DNA from: an uncultured Fimbriimonadaceae bacterium
GTDB lineage: Bacteria > Armatimonadota > UBA10988
DNA: 64,000 bases
Reading direction: 5' to 3'
NCBI GenBank assembly: GCA_964531735.1
Contig: CAZHGD010000012.1
Span: forward strand, 1-64,000
Of this stretch, positions 8,975-19,560 are shown piece after piece; position 1 is the first letter of the stretch; every line of letters starts with the position of its first letter. The notes beneath the pieces are model-generated. The model saw only the letters and a program-made list of their open reading frames with translations, did no database searches and was not told where the DNA came from. The position numbers and the translations under genes are program-made.

Positions 8975-10321
8975 ATGTACCTCAGGATTCCCCGTCTCGG
9001 AGTCGATCCGCGCTGCGAGCTGGCCGGTAGCGAAGCCTTGCTGCTGGCCGTGTCGGGCGGGCCGGACAGCATGGCGATGCTGCACCTGCTGGCTGATGAT
9101 TCGCGATGGGAGGGCCGGCTGCACGTGGCCACGTTCGACCACCGCTGGTCGCCAAGCGGCGCGGTGACGGCCGAGCGGGTGCGTGACTACGCCGAACGGC
9201 TGGCCGTGCCATGCACGGTCGGCCGTGCTGAGCAGGCCGACTACTCCGAAGCCGGCGCACGGGCGCAGCGGCATGCCTTCCTACAGGCCACCGCCGATGC
9301 CGAAGGCCTCGACTACATCGCGGTTGCGCACACCGCCGACGACCGCGCCGAGACCTTGCTGCTGCACCTCCTGCGTGGCACCGGTACCACCGGCCTGGGT
9401 GCCATGGGCGCTCGTGACGGTCGCTATGTCCGCCCCCTGCTCCACCGCCGGCGTGCCGCTGTGCGCGAGTACGCGGTGTTCTACGACGTGCCATTCCACG
9501 ACGATCCGGCCAACCAGGACGCGAGCTACTTGCGCGCCCGCATCCGCACCGAAGTGCTGGGCGTGTTGGAGGCGCTGCGGCCCGGCGCGCTGGAGTCGCT
9601 GGTGCGTACCGCCCTGGTCTGCGAAGTTGAGCGCGACGTGCTGCTGGCGCTGGGACGGCAGCGCCTGGCCGAGCGGGTGCGCGTGTCGCCACCCACGCAC
9701 TACCTGTCTGGCCGGCGCCACCTGATGCTCGACCTCGCCGGCTTTCCTGAACTGCTCGAGGGCGAGCGCTGGCTGATCCTGCGCGCCGCCGTACGCGAGC
9801 TCCTCGGCGACCTGGCGGACCTCAGCCTGCGGGCCGTGCGGCGCCTCGATACGCTGGCCTGCGGGCCAACCGACCAGGGCGTCCTGACCGGTTGGCGGGT
9901 CACCGCCGACCGTTGTCGGGCCGGGCTGGTGCTGCTGGAGGCCTGCTACCCCGGCCCGGTGTGGGCGCCGCAGCCCCTACCGGTGCCAGGCGAGCTGGCC
10001 CTGCCGGACTGCGGGCTGGTGGCCATCTGCGGCCCCGCCGCCGAGGGGTCTGTCATGGTCTGCCACTTAGCGGCTGACTTGGCCCCGTTCGAAGTGCGTA
10101 TGCGCCGCGACGGCGACCGTCTCCGCCCGCTTGGCCGCGGCGGCTCGCGCAAGCTCTCCGACCTGCTCGCCGAGGCCGGCGTGCCGCAGGTGGTGCGCGA
10201 CCGCGTGCCGGTTATCTGCGCCGGCGGACAGCCCATCGCCGTGCCGGGCATCGCCGTGGACGAAGCCGCCGCCGGCGAACTGGCCGTGGGCGTGCGCTTC
10301 ACCGCCCCTTCGGGTAGCTGA
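8975..10321 (+). CDS. tilS: tRNA(Ile)-lysidine synthetase
   Basis: PP-loop SGGPDSMAML, HTADDRAETLLLHLLRG motif, and a C-terminal TilS substrate-binding region. Ends convergently, overlapping the next gene by 23 nt. Confidence 0.85.
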   Translation: MYLRIPRLGVDPRCELAGSEALLLAVSGGPDSMAMLHLLADDSRWEGRLHVATFDHRWSPSGAVTAERVRDYAERLAVPCTVGRAEQADYSEAGARAQRHAFLQATADAEGLDYIAVAHTADDRAETLLLHLLRGTGTTGLGAMGARDGRYVRPLLHRRRAAVREYAVFYDVPFHDDPANQDASYLRARIRTEVLGVLEALRPGALESLVRTALVCEVERDVLLALGRQRLAERVRVSPPTHYLSGRRHLMLDLAGFPELLEGERWLILRAAVRELLGDLADLSLRAVRRLDTLACGPTDQGVLTGWRVTADRCRAGLVLLEACYPGPVWAPQPLPVPGELALPDCGLVAICGPAAEGSVMVCHLAADLAPFEVRMRRDGDRLRPLGRGGSRKLSDLLAEAGVPQVVRDRVPVICAGGQPIAVPGIAVDEAAAGELAVGVRFTAPSGS

Positions 10322-12410
10322 CCTCCAGCACCAGATCGCGGCAGACCTGCCGCACGCCGCGCGCGCGGACGAGTGCCCAGATGGACTCGCCGGTGGTGGT
10401 GCTGCTCGAACTGCCGAAGTCCAGCTCGTTGGCGAAGCGGCCGCTCTTCAGCCGGCCGGTGCCGTCGAGGCGCAACTGGCCGTCGACATAGACCTTCACG
10501 TCGCGCCCGTGCAGCGCCATCCGGTAGGTGTGGAAGGCATCCGTGGTGTTCATCGCGTAGCGCAGGCGGCTGTCGCTCCACAGCTCGATGCGGTCGGGCC
10601 AGAGCGTCAGGCGCTCCGACTGCGTGGCGCTGCTGCAGATCAGGTTGCTCGAGCCGTCGACCACCTTGACCACCGCTTCGGCCGCGGTCGGCTGAGCGAA
10701 GTCGGCGCCCCAGGGGAAGCGGTAGTAGAGGTACTCGCCGGGCTGCTCACCGCGGTCGGCAATGCGCAGGCCGTCGGCGCCCGCCTTGGCCGTGGTCTTG
10801 GCGGAGCCACGGTCACGGCCCCAGCCGGGCCCGGGCAGGCCCTGGCCGTCGTAGAGCGTGTGCCATTGCTCGGCTCCGGCGGCACTGGTGCGCAAGGTCA
10901 CCTGGTTGCCGCCGCGCCGCAGTTGCGCCACCGGCACCGGCAGATCGAGCCAGCCCTTGGTCAACTTGCCGCCGCTGGTCGGCTGCCCGTTGACCGTCAC
11001 CTGCACCTGCTCGGGCGCGGTGACCAGCGGCAACTCCAGGTGCAGCGTGCAGGTCGGTGCCGTCGGCGCCTTGGCGAAGTCCTCGCCCACCATCAGCTCG
11101 ACCTCGGCGGCGCGGTCGGGCGGCAGGCTCAGCGGATGTGCCGGCGTCAGCACCGGCACCGTGCGGTAGCGCTGGCCGTCCGCGAGCCAGTCGTCGGGCC
11201 GGCCGTCGCGCGCGATGACGAAGTAGAGCTTGTCGAGCCCCGCCATCACCGCCGGATCGCCCACCTCGCGGAACTGCGGCGCCGCGGGGTTGAAGACATT
11301 GAACAGGTGGATGCCGTCGACGCCCGCCTGCCAGGCCACCATCGCCCGCCCGCGGTAGCCTGCCGCCGAGCCGCGCCGGAAGCGGGTCTCGCCGGTCACG
11401 CGCGAGTCGCTGAGGCAGGCGTAGAACGGCACCTGGTAGCGGTGCGCCAGGGCCACGCTGTACGCCCACGGGTTGAGCCGGAAGTAGCAGGTGGTGATCA
11501 GCAGGTCCACCAGCCCTTCGCGCAGCCACTGCTCGAGGTCGAGACCCAGATCGCGGCAGAAGTCGACCGAGTCGGGCACGCGGATCGAGACCAGCAGCGG
11601 CTTGCCGCGCGCCTGCCCGACGGTCTCGGTCATGGCCCGGACGCGGCGCATGAACTCGGTCATCAGCGCGCGCTCGCCGTCGCCGCAGCGCCCGCCGTTG
11701 GCCGAGGCCTTGAAGAAGCACAGATGCCGGTAGTAGTCGAGCTCCAGCCCGTCGACGTCGTAGCCCTGGGCCACCTCCTCCAGGTAGCGGAAGGCCAGCT
11801 CACGGATCTCCGGCCGGGCGTAGTCCACCGAGCTCCACCGCCCGTGTGCTGTGCGTTTGGCCACCTCGCCCACCAGCCAGTCGGAGTGCTGCTCCTTCAG
11901 CGGCGGGTAGAGCGCGTAGGGCTTGTCCGGCCGGTGCTCCACGTCGTGCGTGTCGTTCATCCGCATCGACCAGAACACCTCACGGCGCTGGCGTCGCGCG
12001 TCGGCGATCATGAGCTGCAAGCAGTCGGCGCCACTGTCGATCAGCTCCTTGGTGACGTTGCGGGCGTCCGGCAGGATGCCGTAATCGGCCATCTGCCGCG
12101 TGAGGACGGTGCCGGCCTTGGTGTGGTGGGTGAAGTGCGAGAAGCCCGAGCTGATGGAGCAATAGGCCAACGAGTCGACCTGATGCCCTTCGGGGAACGC
12201 GTTGCGCAGGGCCACGAACGCCGCGGGCGTCAGCGGCTGGTTGCGCGGGTAGTAGAGCACGTCACAGCCGTCGTTGTTGAAGATGATCCGCCGCGGCCGA
12301 TGGGCCAGTTCGCGGCGCTGCGCGCGATAGCGGTCGAGGGCTTCGTCGGCCCCGGCAGGCTGGAGCAGACCGGCCAGCAAGGCCAGACCGAGAGTGGCAG
12401 TCGCGTGCAT
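10299..12410 (-). CDS. Secreted TIM-barrel glycoside-hydrolase-like protein with a C-terminal LamG/concanavalin-like domain
   Basis: Start at ATG 12410 (GGAGAC RBS) gives the signal peptide MHATATLGLALLAGLLQPAGA. The upstream 63 codons of the ORF are unlikely to be coding. No family-defining catalytic motif recognised. Confidence 0.7.
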   Translation of the reverse strand: MHATATLGLALLAGLLQPAGADEALDRYRAQRRELAHRPRRIIFNNDGCDVLYYPRNQPLTPAAFVALRNAFPEGHQVDSLAYCSISSGFSHFTHHTKAGTVLTRQMADYGILPDARNVTKELIDSGADCLQLMIADARRQRREVFWSMRMNDTHDVEHRPDKPYALYPPLKEQHSDWLVGEVAKRTAHGRWSSVDYARPEIRELAFRYLEEVAQGYDVDGLELDYYRHLCFFKASANGGRCGDGERALMTEFMRRVRAMTETVGQARGKPLLVSIRVPDSVDFCRDLGLDLEQWLREGLVDLLITTCYFRLNPWAYSVALAHRYQVPFYACLSDSRVTGETRFRRGSAAGYRGRAMVAWQAGVDGIHLFNVFNPAAPQFREVGDPAVMAGLDKLYFVIARDGRPDDWLADGQRYRTVPVLTPAHPLSLPPDRAAEVELMVGEDFAKAPTAPTCTLHLELPLVTAPEQVQVTVNGQPTSGGKLTKGWLDLPVPVAQLRRGGNQVTLRTSAAGAEQWHTLYDGQGLPGPGWGRDRGSAKTTAKAGADGLRIADRGEQPGEYLYYRFPWGADFAQPTAAEAVVKVVDGSSNLICSSATQSERLTLWPDRIELWSDSRLRYAMNTTDAFHTYRMALHGRDVKVYVDGQLRLDGTGRLKSGRFANELDFGSSSSTTTGESIWALVRARGVRQVCRDLVLEVSYPKGR

Positions 12411-12537
12411 CAGCCGGTCTCCGCAGACGTCTCGCGGCGATCGATTCGGCCCAGCGACCCGCGCACCTTCGGCGGCCGTCAGCGGTCTGCGGTACAATGG
12501 TCGCGAGGGGCGCACCCTCATTGCCCGGAAGCTCGAC

Positions 12538-13164
12538 ATGGTCGCCGAACACGTGACCGACAACCCATCGGTGCGGTTGCTACCCGACCGCAAGCTCACC
12601 TATGAGGAGTACCTCGACTGGCTCGACGACCAGACGCATGCCGAATGGGTCGATGGGGAGGTGGTGTTGATGAGTCCGGTCACCAACGAGCACGATGCCG
12701 TGGTCGGCTTTCTGCGCGCCCTGCTTCAGCATTGGTGCGAGCAGCGCTCCGGCGGCGTGGTGCGAGGCGAACCGTTCCAGATGCGTCTCGGCCCTGGCCG
12801 TTCGGGTCGCGCGCCAGACGTGCTGGTGGTCGCCGCGGCCAACCATGAGCGCCTGAAGCGCACCTTCCTGGACGGGCCGGCCGACCTGGTGGTCGAGGTG
12901 GTCAGCGACGACAGTGTCGAGCGCGACTGGGTCACCAAGCGCCGCGAGTACGCCGAGGCCGGCGTACGCGAATACTGGATCGTCGATCCGCGCACCCGCC
13001 GCGCGGAGTTCGTGGCCCTCGGCGAGGCCGCTGAGTACGAGTCGCTCGCCACCGACGACGGCCGCCTGCACAGTCGCGTGCTCGATGGTCTGTGGCTGGA
13101 ACTGGCCTGGTTCTGGGACCGGCCGCAGTTGCTCGAGGTGCTGCGCGCGTGGGGGATCATCTGA
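12538..13164 (+). CDS. Uma2-family (DUF820) putative restriction-endonuclease-like protein
   Basis: Classic Uma2 pattern: EYLDWLDD..EWVDGEVVLMSP..H..., PDVLVV, PDLVVEVVSD, EYWIVDP. Confidence 0.85.
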   Translation: MVAEHVTDNPSVRLLPDRKLTYEEYLDWLDDQTHAEWVDGEVVLMSPVTNEHDAVVGFLRALLQHWCEQRSGGVVRGEPFQMRLGPGRSGRAPDVLVVAAANHERLKRTFLDGPADLVVEVVSDDSVERDWVTKRREYAEAGVREYWIVDPRTRRAEFVALGEAAEYESLATDDGRLHSRVLDGLWLELAWFWDRPQLLEVLRAWGII

Positions 13165-13200
13165 GCGCAAGGACTATGCGGCCCGAGCGCCAACCAACCG

Positions 13201-14631
13201 GTGCTTGGAGCGCCGGTCGTGTCCCACCCCGTGTTGGTCTGCATCTGGTACGACACCGAAGACTACCTCACGCCATCGAGTGATGACTCCGCGCTGCGCC
13301 TGGCGCAACTGCACAGCCGCCTGGGCGTGCCGTGTACGTTCAAGGTGGTCGGCGAGGTGGCCCGCCGCTGGCGCGAGCGGGGGCGCGGTGACGTGGTCGC
13401 CGCGGTGGCCGCACACCACCTGGGCTACCATACCGACCTGCACAGCGTCCATCCCACAGTGGCCGAGTACTGCGCGCCGGGCTCCTGGGACGACGGCGTG
13501 GCCTTGTTCGAGCACTACGAGCGCCGTGGCTTCGACGCGGTGCGCGAGGTGGTCGGCCGCGAGGTGACCACTTACGGGCAGGCCGGCAGTTCCTGGGCGC
13601 CGATGGCGCAGCACTGCACCCGCGAGTGGGGCGTGCCCACCTACGCCGACGAAGGCCCCTGGGTCGGCCACGACGGCGCGCCGTTCTGGTACCTCGGGCA
13701 GTTGCACATCACCCGTATGGCGCCGAACCACGTGCGGTTCGACCTGCGCGCCACTGACGGCGCCGAAGCCGGCATGCGGCGGTTCGACGAGGCCTGTGAG
13801 CGGCTGTCGAGCACCGGCGGCGTGATCAACATCGGCTTCCATCCGAACGAGTGGAACACCAACGAGTTCTGGGACGCGGTCAACTTCTCCCGCGGCGCCA
13901 ATCCGCCGCCCGAGCGCTGGCGGCCGGCCAGCGAGTGTTCGCCCGACGAGTGCGACCGGCGCTTCGCGGCCACCGAGCGCTACTTCGCGCACATTGCCCG
14001 CAGCGGCGCCGTGCCGGTGGGCTGCGGCGACATCGTCGGCCGGTATCTGGCCCCCGGCCGCGCGCTGCGCGCGGTCACTGCCGCCGAACTGGTCGCGGCC
14101 ACCGCGGGTTGGACCGACTCCGTCGGCTACGCCAACGTGACCGGCACCTGGCTGAGCGCGGCCGAAGTGCTGTCGGTGGCCGCCAGCCTGCTGTGTGGTC
14201 AGCCGGCGGCCGCACCGCTCGCCAGCGAGGGCCCGCGCGACGATCTGCCGCCGCTGGCCGCGCCACGCGCGGTCACGGTGGGCGAGTTGCGCCAAGCGGC
14301 GCAACTCGTGCTCGATCGCGTCTCGGCCCGCACCGCCAGCGGCTGGTCGGTCGCGCCGCTGCCCAGCGGCGTGCCAGTCGGCCCGGCCCTGGTGCGCCCG
14401 GAAGAGTTCCTCGACGCCGCGCTGGCGGCGCTGCGGGCCAAGTCCGAGCGCGGCGCCTGGCCCGCCGAGGTGGAGCTGCGCCCGGTGGGCTTCGCGCCGG
14501 CGCAACACGTCGTCGCGGGTCCGGGCTACTTCAACTGGGTCATCCACCCCGAGGGCTTCGACGCCCCGAAGCTGCTGGACCACGCGCGCCGCCAGGCCTG
14601 GACCTTCAAGCCGGTCACCTGGCTCGTCTGA
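13201..14631 (+). CDS. Hypothetical protein, possibly polysaccharide-deacetylase/CE4-like (weak)
   Basis: WYDTEDY and HHLGYHTDLHS motifs are reminiscent of NodB-type metal sites. Operon-like with the sulfatase. Confidence 0.6.
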   Translation: MLGAPVVSHPVLVCIWYDTEDYLTPSSDDSALRLAQLHSRLGVPCTFKVVGEVARRWRERGRGDVVAAVAAHHLGYHTDLHSVHPTVAEYCAPGSWDDGVALFEHYERRGFDAVREVVGREVTTYGQAGSSWAPMAQHCTREWGVPTYADEGPWVGHDGAPFWYLGQLHITRMAPNHVRFDLRATDGAEAGMRRFDEACERLSSTGGVINIGFHPNEWNTNEFWDAVNFSRGANPPPERWRPASECSPDECDRRFAATERYFAHIARSGAVPVGCGDIVGRYLAPGRALRAVTAAELVAATAGWTDSVGYANVTGTWLSAAEVLSVAASLLCGQPAAAPLASEGPRDDLPPLAAPRAVTVGELRQAAQLVLDRVSARTASGWSVAPLPSGVPVGPALVRPEEFLDAALAALRAKSERGAWPAEVELRPVGFAPAQHVVAGPGYFNWVIHPEGFDAPKLLDHARRQAWTFKPVTWLV

Positions 14632-14647
14632 CGAAAGGTCGTGCCCC

Positions 14648-16006
14648 GTGCGTCCCAACCTCCTGCTGATCCTGGTCGATTCGGCCCAAGCCGGTGCCTA
14701 CCGGCTGAACGGCGGCCAGGCCGAAGCCCCGGCGCTGGAGCGCTTGGCGGCCGAGGGTGTCAACTGCGCCCGCGCGTGGTCCACCACACCGATCTGCCAC
14801 CCGGCTCGCGCCGCGCTGATCACCGGCTGCTTCCCGCACACGCACGGCATGGCGACCAATGCCGAGTACGCCGGCGGCTGGCCATTCCGCGTGCGCGAGG
14901 AGACGCCGCCGCTGCCGGCGTTGCTGCAGCAGGCCGGCTACCGCACGGGCTACGCGGGGCAGCTCCATATCGACGTGCCCGGCTGGGACGCCGACCGCCA
15001 TGAATCCACCGTCGACTTCATGGCCTGGCTGCGCGCCCGCGGGCTCGAGGAAGCCTCGCCGCCCGAGCGCCGCGGCTGGATGTGCGGCCCGGTTGACTAC
15101 AGCGTCGACGAGACGCGCGAGGGCCGCTTCTGCGCTCAGGCGCTGTCGCTCCTCGACGAATTCACCGGCGACGACGCGCCGTGGTTCCTGCAGCTCGACT
15201 TCGACGGACCACACCCGCCGTGCTGGCTGCCGGAGCCGTATGCCAGCACCTACGACCCGCAGGCCATCGACCTGCCGCCGACCATCGCGGACGACCTGTC
15301 GGGGCGACCCGACTGGGTCCAGCGCGCCCGCCGACGGCAGGTCGCCACGCCACGTAGCGAAGCCGACTGGCGGCAGTTGCGGGCGCACTACTACGGCTCG
15401 ATCACCATGATCGACAGCCTGGTCGGGCGCGTCCTCGACCGCCTCGACCAGCACGGCCAGGCGGCCAACACCGTGGTGGTGTTCACCAGCGATCATGCCA
15501 CGCCGGTCGGCTACCACGGCTTCCCGATGCACGGCGGGCCGGCGCTCTACGAGGAGGTGCTCCGCGTGCCGTTCGTCTGCCGCTGGCCAGACGGTCTGCC
15601 GGCCGGCGCCACGCGGCAGCACGCGGTGCAGCAGGTGGACTATGCGCCGACCATGCTCGCGGCGGCCGGGCTGCCGGCGCCGCCGATGCACGGCCGCTCG
15701 GTGCTCGCCGGCCTGCGCGGCGAACCGGCCGACTGGCCCGATCAGAGCTTCCACTCCTATCACGGCACGGGCTCGACGCTCTTCTCCGTGCGCGCCTGGC
15801 GCGACGGCGACGCCAAGCTGATCTACACGCCGTACGCGGCGGCCGAGGTCTACGATCTGGCCGCCGATCCGCTCGAGACGGTCAACCTCTGCGGGCGGCC
15901 GGAGGCGGCCGAGTTGGAGCGCGGCTTGCGGCGCGGCCTGCTGGCCGAGATGGAGCGGGTTGGCGACCCACTCCGGCACCACGCGCGCGCGGATCTGGCC
16001 GTGTAG
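14648..16006 (+). CDS. Arylsulfatase-family sulfatase (formylglycine-dependent)
   Basis: GTG start after an AAAGG RBS gives MRPNLLLILVDS. Cys-type FGly motif TPICHPARAALITG (C-x-P-x-R). Conserved C-terminal sulfatase blocks, including VVFTSDH. Confidence 0.9.
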   Translation: MRPNLLLILVDSAQAGAYRLNGGQAEAPALERLAAEGVNCARAWSTTPICHPARAALITGCFPHTHGMATNAEYAGGWPFRVREETPPLPALLQQAGYRTGYAGQLHIDVPGWDADRHESTVDFMAWLRARGLEEASPPERRGWMCGPVDYSVDETREGRFCAQALSLLDEFTGDDAPWFLQLDFDGPHPPCWLPEPYASTYDPQAIDLPPTIADDLSGRPDWVQRARRRQVATPRSEADWRQLRAHYYGSITMIDSLVGRVLDRLDQHGQAANTVVVFTSDHATPVGYHGFPMHGGPALYEEVLRVPFVCRWPDGLPAGATRQHAVQQVDYAPTMLAAAGLPAPPMHGRSVLAGLRGEPADWPDQSFHSYHGTGSTLFSVRAWRDGDAKLIYTPYAAAEVYDLAADPLETVNLCGRPEAAELERGLRRGLLAEMERVGDPLRHHARADLAV

Positions 16007-16088
16007 CTTGATGTCGATTGACGCCAAGGGCCGTCCGGTGATACCTACTGCGGACGCCCGTCGCGCGGCGTCGGCCCAGGATGCAACC

Positions 16089-19000
16089 ATGACCGCTTTG
16101 CCCCGTCTGCTGATTCTGCTTGCCGTGCTCGCTCATGCCGCCCTGGCGGCCGAGCCCACCATGGTCGTCGACACCATGGAGGACCTGGCCACCTGGCGCA
16201 CCGGCGGGCAGAAGGAGGCGTCGCTCAAGTCCGAGCAGACGCTGGTCACCGAAGGGCGCCAGGCGCTGCGGTTCGAGGTGAAGATCGACCACCACGCCGA
16301 CGAGAGCATCGAGGGCCAGAAGTACCCGAAGGGCTGGCCGCGCGTCGAGCGCAATCCGAACCCGCCGCTCGACCTGTCCGCCGCCGGCGGCCTCGCGTTC
16401 GACATCTACACGCTGTCCACGCGCGCGGCGATGCCGGGCAGCTCGCTGCACATCATCCTGCGTGACCGCAGCGGCAAGGACTGGTCGGCCAACCTGGGCG
16501 AACTGCCGCTGAAGCAGTGGAAGCACTTCCGCCTGGACTTCCCTGACAGCTTCCAGCGCAGCGCCATCTACCATTGGCAGTTCTTCCTGTCCGAGTCGGA
16601 CTACAACCACGGCGACTGGGCCGCGTTCATCATCGACAACGTCCACGGCTATGCCGCGCAGCGCTCGCGGCAGTTGGTGCCGAAGCTGCAGGCGAAGCTG
16701 ACGACGCTGCGGTCGCTGGCGGCTGACGGCGAGGCCGCCGCCCTGGCCCGCGAGGTGCAGCAGGCCGAGGCCGATCTGGCGCGTCTGGAGCGACTGGACC
16801 TGGCCGGCAGCAACGCCCTGGACGCCCGCTGCGCCGCGCTGCGCGCTCGCCTCCAGACGGCGCTGATGACCGCCGGCGCCAAGCGGACCTCACCCGACGG
16901 CTCCTACTGCCTCGGCACCGAAACCAGCCTGCGCAAGATCCTCCGCGACGACGTCGACTTCCGGCCCGGGGCCGACCTGCGGCTGAGCGTGGCCGGCAAT
17001 GAGCGCGAGGCGGGGCAGATTCTGCTGCGGCCGGTGACGCGGGACATCACCCGCCTGAGCGCCGACTGGACCGATCTGGTCGGCCCCGGCGGCGCGCGCC
17101 TGGCCAAGGACCGCCTCAGCCTGGACGCCGTGGGCTATGTCGAGGTGCTCAAGGCCAACTACATCCGTGACCGCGACGGCTGGTGGCCCGATCCGCTGAT
17201 TCCGCTGGACTGGCCCGGCAGCGGCAAGGCCGGCTTGGGACCACTGGCCGACCGCCTGGCCAAAGTCGGCGAGACCCAGCCGCTCTGGCTGACCGTGCGC
17301 TGTCCCACGGGCCAGCGGCCCGGCACCTACACCGGCACCGTCACGCTCAAGCCGGCCGGTCTGCCCGAGAGCAAGGTGGCGCTGACGGTGCAGGTCCGTA
17401 GCTTCGACCTGCCGCTGCGGCCGCGGCTGAAGACGGCCTTCGCCTTCTTCGAGGGCGAGTGGCGCAACTACTACCAGCGCGCGATGACCGTCGCCGAGCG
17501 CCGGGCGGTCGAGGCGTTCCTGCTCGACCGCAAGCTCAACCCGATGAACCTCTACACGCCGTATGCCTGGCCGGCGTTGAGCGACCTGCCGTATATGCGT
17601 GAGCGCGGCCTGAACGCCTACTGCCTCGGCTACTGCCCCACCACCGTCGCCGGCCTCGGTGACCTGGTCTACTACCGTTACCTGCGCGACTACCGCGCCT
17701 ACCTGGCCAGCCAGGGCATGGATCGCGACGCCTGGCTGTACGGCTACGACGAGCCGCATTGCCAGCCGAACTGGGAGCAGCTCAAGGTCATCATCCGGCA
17801 GGTCTACCAACTGGTGGACGCCGTCGCACCGGGTCTGCCGAAGGCCTCGACCACGGCGGTTGTGCCCGAGCTGCACGGCGCGGTGAACCTGTGGATCCCG
17901 CAGACCATGCAGGTGGTGCGCCACGACACGCTGGCTCGCCAGCGGGCCGGCGACCAGGTCTGGACGTATGTCGCCTGCACGCCGCCGCACCCGTTTGCCA
18001 ACTACTTCGTCGAGTACCCGGCGCTCGATCAGCGCCTGCTCGGCTGGCAGACCTGGCAGGAGCAGTGTACCGGCTTCCTCTACTACGCCACCAACCTGTG
18101 GAAGCCGAACCACGAGGGCACCAAGGAGCGCTGGCCCAACCGGCCGTGGAATCCGCGGCCGGAGAAGGACTTCGCCTTCAACGGCGACGGCCTGCTCACC
18201 TACCCGCACCCGAACGGCTCCCTGCTGTCCTGCGTGCGGCTGGAGGCCATCTGCGACGGCTTCGAGGACTACGACGTGCTCTGCCTGCTGCGCGACGCCA
18301 CCGCGGCGCTCAAAGCCACCGGCGGCCAGCCGGCCCTGGTGAAGCAGGCCGAGGCGGCGCAAGTCGTGCCACCCGAGGTGTCGACCAGCCTGACCGTCTT
18401 CAACCAGGATCCCGCCGCGCTCCTGGCCCGGCGTGAGTTGGTGGCCGGTCTGCTCGAGCAGGTCAAGGCCGCCTTGCCCGCCGGTGCCTGGGCGAAGGTG
18501 CTGGGCACCGAGCCGCCGTTGGCGCCCGCGGCGCCGCCGCTCCAGGTGGCCGCGGCCGGCTTGCCCTACCAGTGCGACTTCGACGGCAGCGGCCAACCGC
18601 TCCAGCCGTTCGAGTCGGCCAAGCCGTCCACGGCCCGCATCGAGGCGGTCGCTGGTGGGCGCGGGCGCGCTGCGGTGTCGCAGGGCGCGGCCGGGGGGTG
18701 GTGCGACTGGGAGTCGCCCTACCTGAAGGTGACGCCGGGCCAGACGCTGGCCGTCCGCCTGACCGCCAAGGCCGAGTACAACCAGGGCCTGGTGCGGGTG
18801 TTCCTGGCCAAATACGGCGCCGGCGGCCTGCCGCTCGATCTGCCCGCGCGCGAGCAGAACGGCTTCGGTCCGGCGCTGCTGGCGACGCTGCCCAGCACCG
18901 GCACCTGGGACAAGCACCGCTACCTGGTGAAGGTGCCCGCCGGCGTCGAGACGGTTCGGCTGCACCTGCAGGTGTTCGGCGCCAACGGCGCGGTGGCCTG

Positions 19001-19511
19001 GGATGACATCGACATCCGGCCGCACGTCGTCGATCCCAATCAGGTGGACGACCTGGACGAGACCGCGCACTGGCGGCCCGGCTTCCCCGAATCGAGCGTC
19101 AGCCGCGAGACGAAGCTGGTCCGCCAGGGCGACGCGGCCCTGCGCTACACCGTCAAGGTGGACCACCAGGGCGGCGAGGCGAAGTACCCCATCGGCTGGC
19201 CGAGCCTGACCTGGACGCCGGCGCCGCCGCTGGACTTCACCGGCAAGCAGGCGCTGACGTTCTGGATCTACGCCACCAGTACCCGCGCGGAGCTGCCGCA
19301 GCGCGCCATCAACTTCAGCCTGCGCAGCCAGGGCGGCGACGCTGTCGCCGTCCCGTTGGCGCTCAAGCTCGGCCAATGGCAGCAGATCCGCATCCCGCTG
19401 GCGGGCAAACGCGTCAACGCGGTCAACTACCTGCACTTCTTCGTGGAAGAAGCCGTCTACCGGCACGGTGACGAGGTCAGCTTCGTGATCGACGACCTGC
19501 GCGTCGAATAG
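16089..19511 (+). CDS. Very large secreted protein (about 1140 aa), glycoside-hydrolase-like (DUF4091-like region), unknown specificity
   Basis: Signal peptide MTALPRLLILLAVLAHAALA at ATG 16089. Long consistent coding frame. The antisense 965-aa ORF is rejected. Confidence 0.75.
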   Translation: MTALPRLLILLAVLAHAALAAEPTMVVDTMEDLATWRTGGQKEASLKSEQTLVTEGRQALRFEVKIDHHADESIEGQKYPKGWPRVERNPNPPLDLSAAGGLAFDIYTLSTRAAMPGSSLHIILRDRSGKDWSANLGELPLKQWKHFRLDFPDSFQRSAIYHWQFFLSESDYNHGDWAAFIIDNVHGYAAQRSRQLVPKLQAKLTTLRSLAADGEAAALAREVQQAEADLARLERLDLAGSNALDARCAALRARLQTALMTAGAKRTSPDGSYCLGTETSLRKILRDDVDFRPGADLRLSVAGNEREAGQILLRPVTRDITRLSADWTDLVGPGGARLAKDRLSLDAVGYVEVLKANYIRDRDGWWPDPLIPLDWPGSGKAGLGPLADRLAKVGETQPLWLTVRCPTGQRPGTYTGTVTLKPAGLPESKVALTVQVRSFDLPLRPRLKTAFAFFEGEWRNYYQRAMTVAERRAVEAFLLDRKLNPMNLYTPYAWPALSDLPYMRERGLNAYCLGYCPTTVAGLGDLVYYRYLRDYRAYLASQGMDRDAWLYGYDEPHCQPNWEQLKVIIRQVYQLVDAVAPGLPKASTTAVVPELHGAVNLWIPQTMQVVRHDTLARQRAGDQVWTYVACTPPHPFANYFVEYPALDQRLLGWQTWQEQCTGFLYYATNLWKPNHEGTKERWPNRPWNPRPEKDFAFNGDGLLTYPHPNGSLLSCVRLEAICDGFEDYDVLCLLRDATAALKATGGQPALVKQAEAAQVVPPEVSTSLTVFNQDPAALLARRELVAGLLEQVKAALPAGAWAKVLGTEPPLAPAAPPLQVAAAGLPYQCDFDGSGQPLQPFESAKPSTARIEAVAGGRGRAAVSQGAAGGWCDWESPYLKVTPGQTLAVRLTAKAEYNQGLVRVFLAKYGAGGLPLDLPAREQNGFGPALLATLPSTGTWDKHRYLVKVPAGVETVRLHLQVFGANGAVAWDDIDIRPHVVDPNQVDDLDETAHWRPGFPESSVSRETKLVRQGDAALRYTVKVDHQGGEAKYPIGWPSLTWTPAPPLDFTGKQALTFWIYATSTRAELPQRAINFSLRSQGGDAVAVPLALKLGQWQQIRIPLAGKRVNAVNYLHFFVEEAVYRHGDEVSFVIDDLRVE

Positions 19512-19560
19512 CCGGGCGCGGCGCCATTGGCGTCGACGAGCAGCGGACGGTCTGGCGCCG

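Noticed and set aside
7007-9274. Many long antisense or alternative-frame ORFs in the six-frame track. Examples: 7007-9274 (755 aa), 16890-19787 (965 aa), 55799-58468 (889 aa), 33063-35345 (760 aa), 10131-12605 (824 aa), 13174-14658, 21906-23633, 27819-29159, 41233-43356, 43989-45347, 50873-52420, 53166-54680, 61069-62427, 62138-63217.
   Set aside because: At 70% GC, stop codons are rare on every strand. These ORFs have Arg/Ala/Pro/Gly-rich low-complexity translations and no family motifs. They overlap genes with clear signatures on the other strand or frame.
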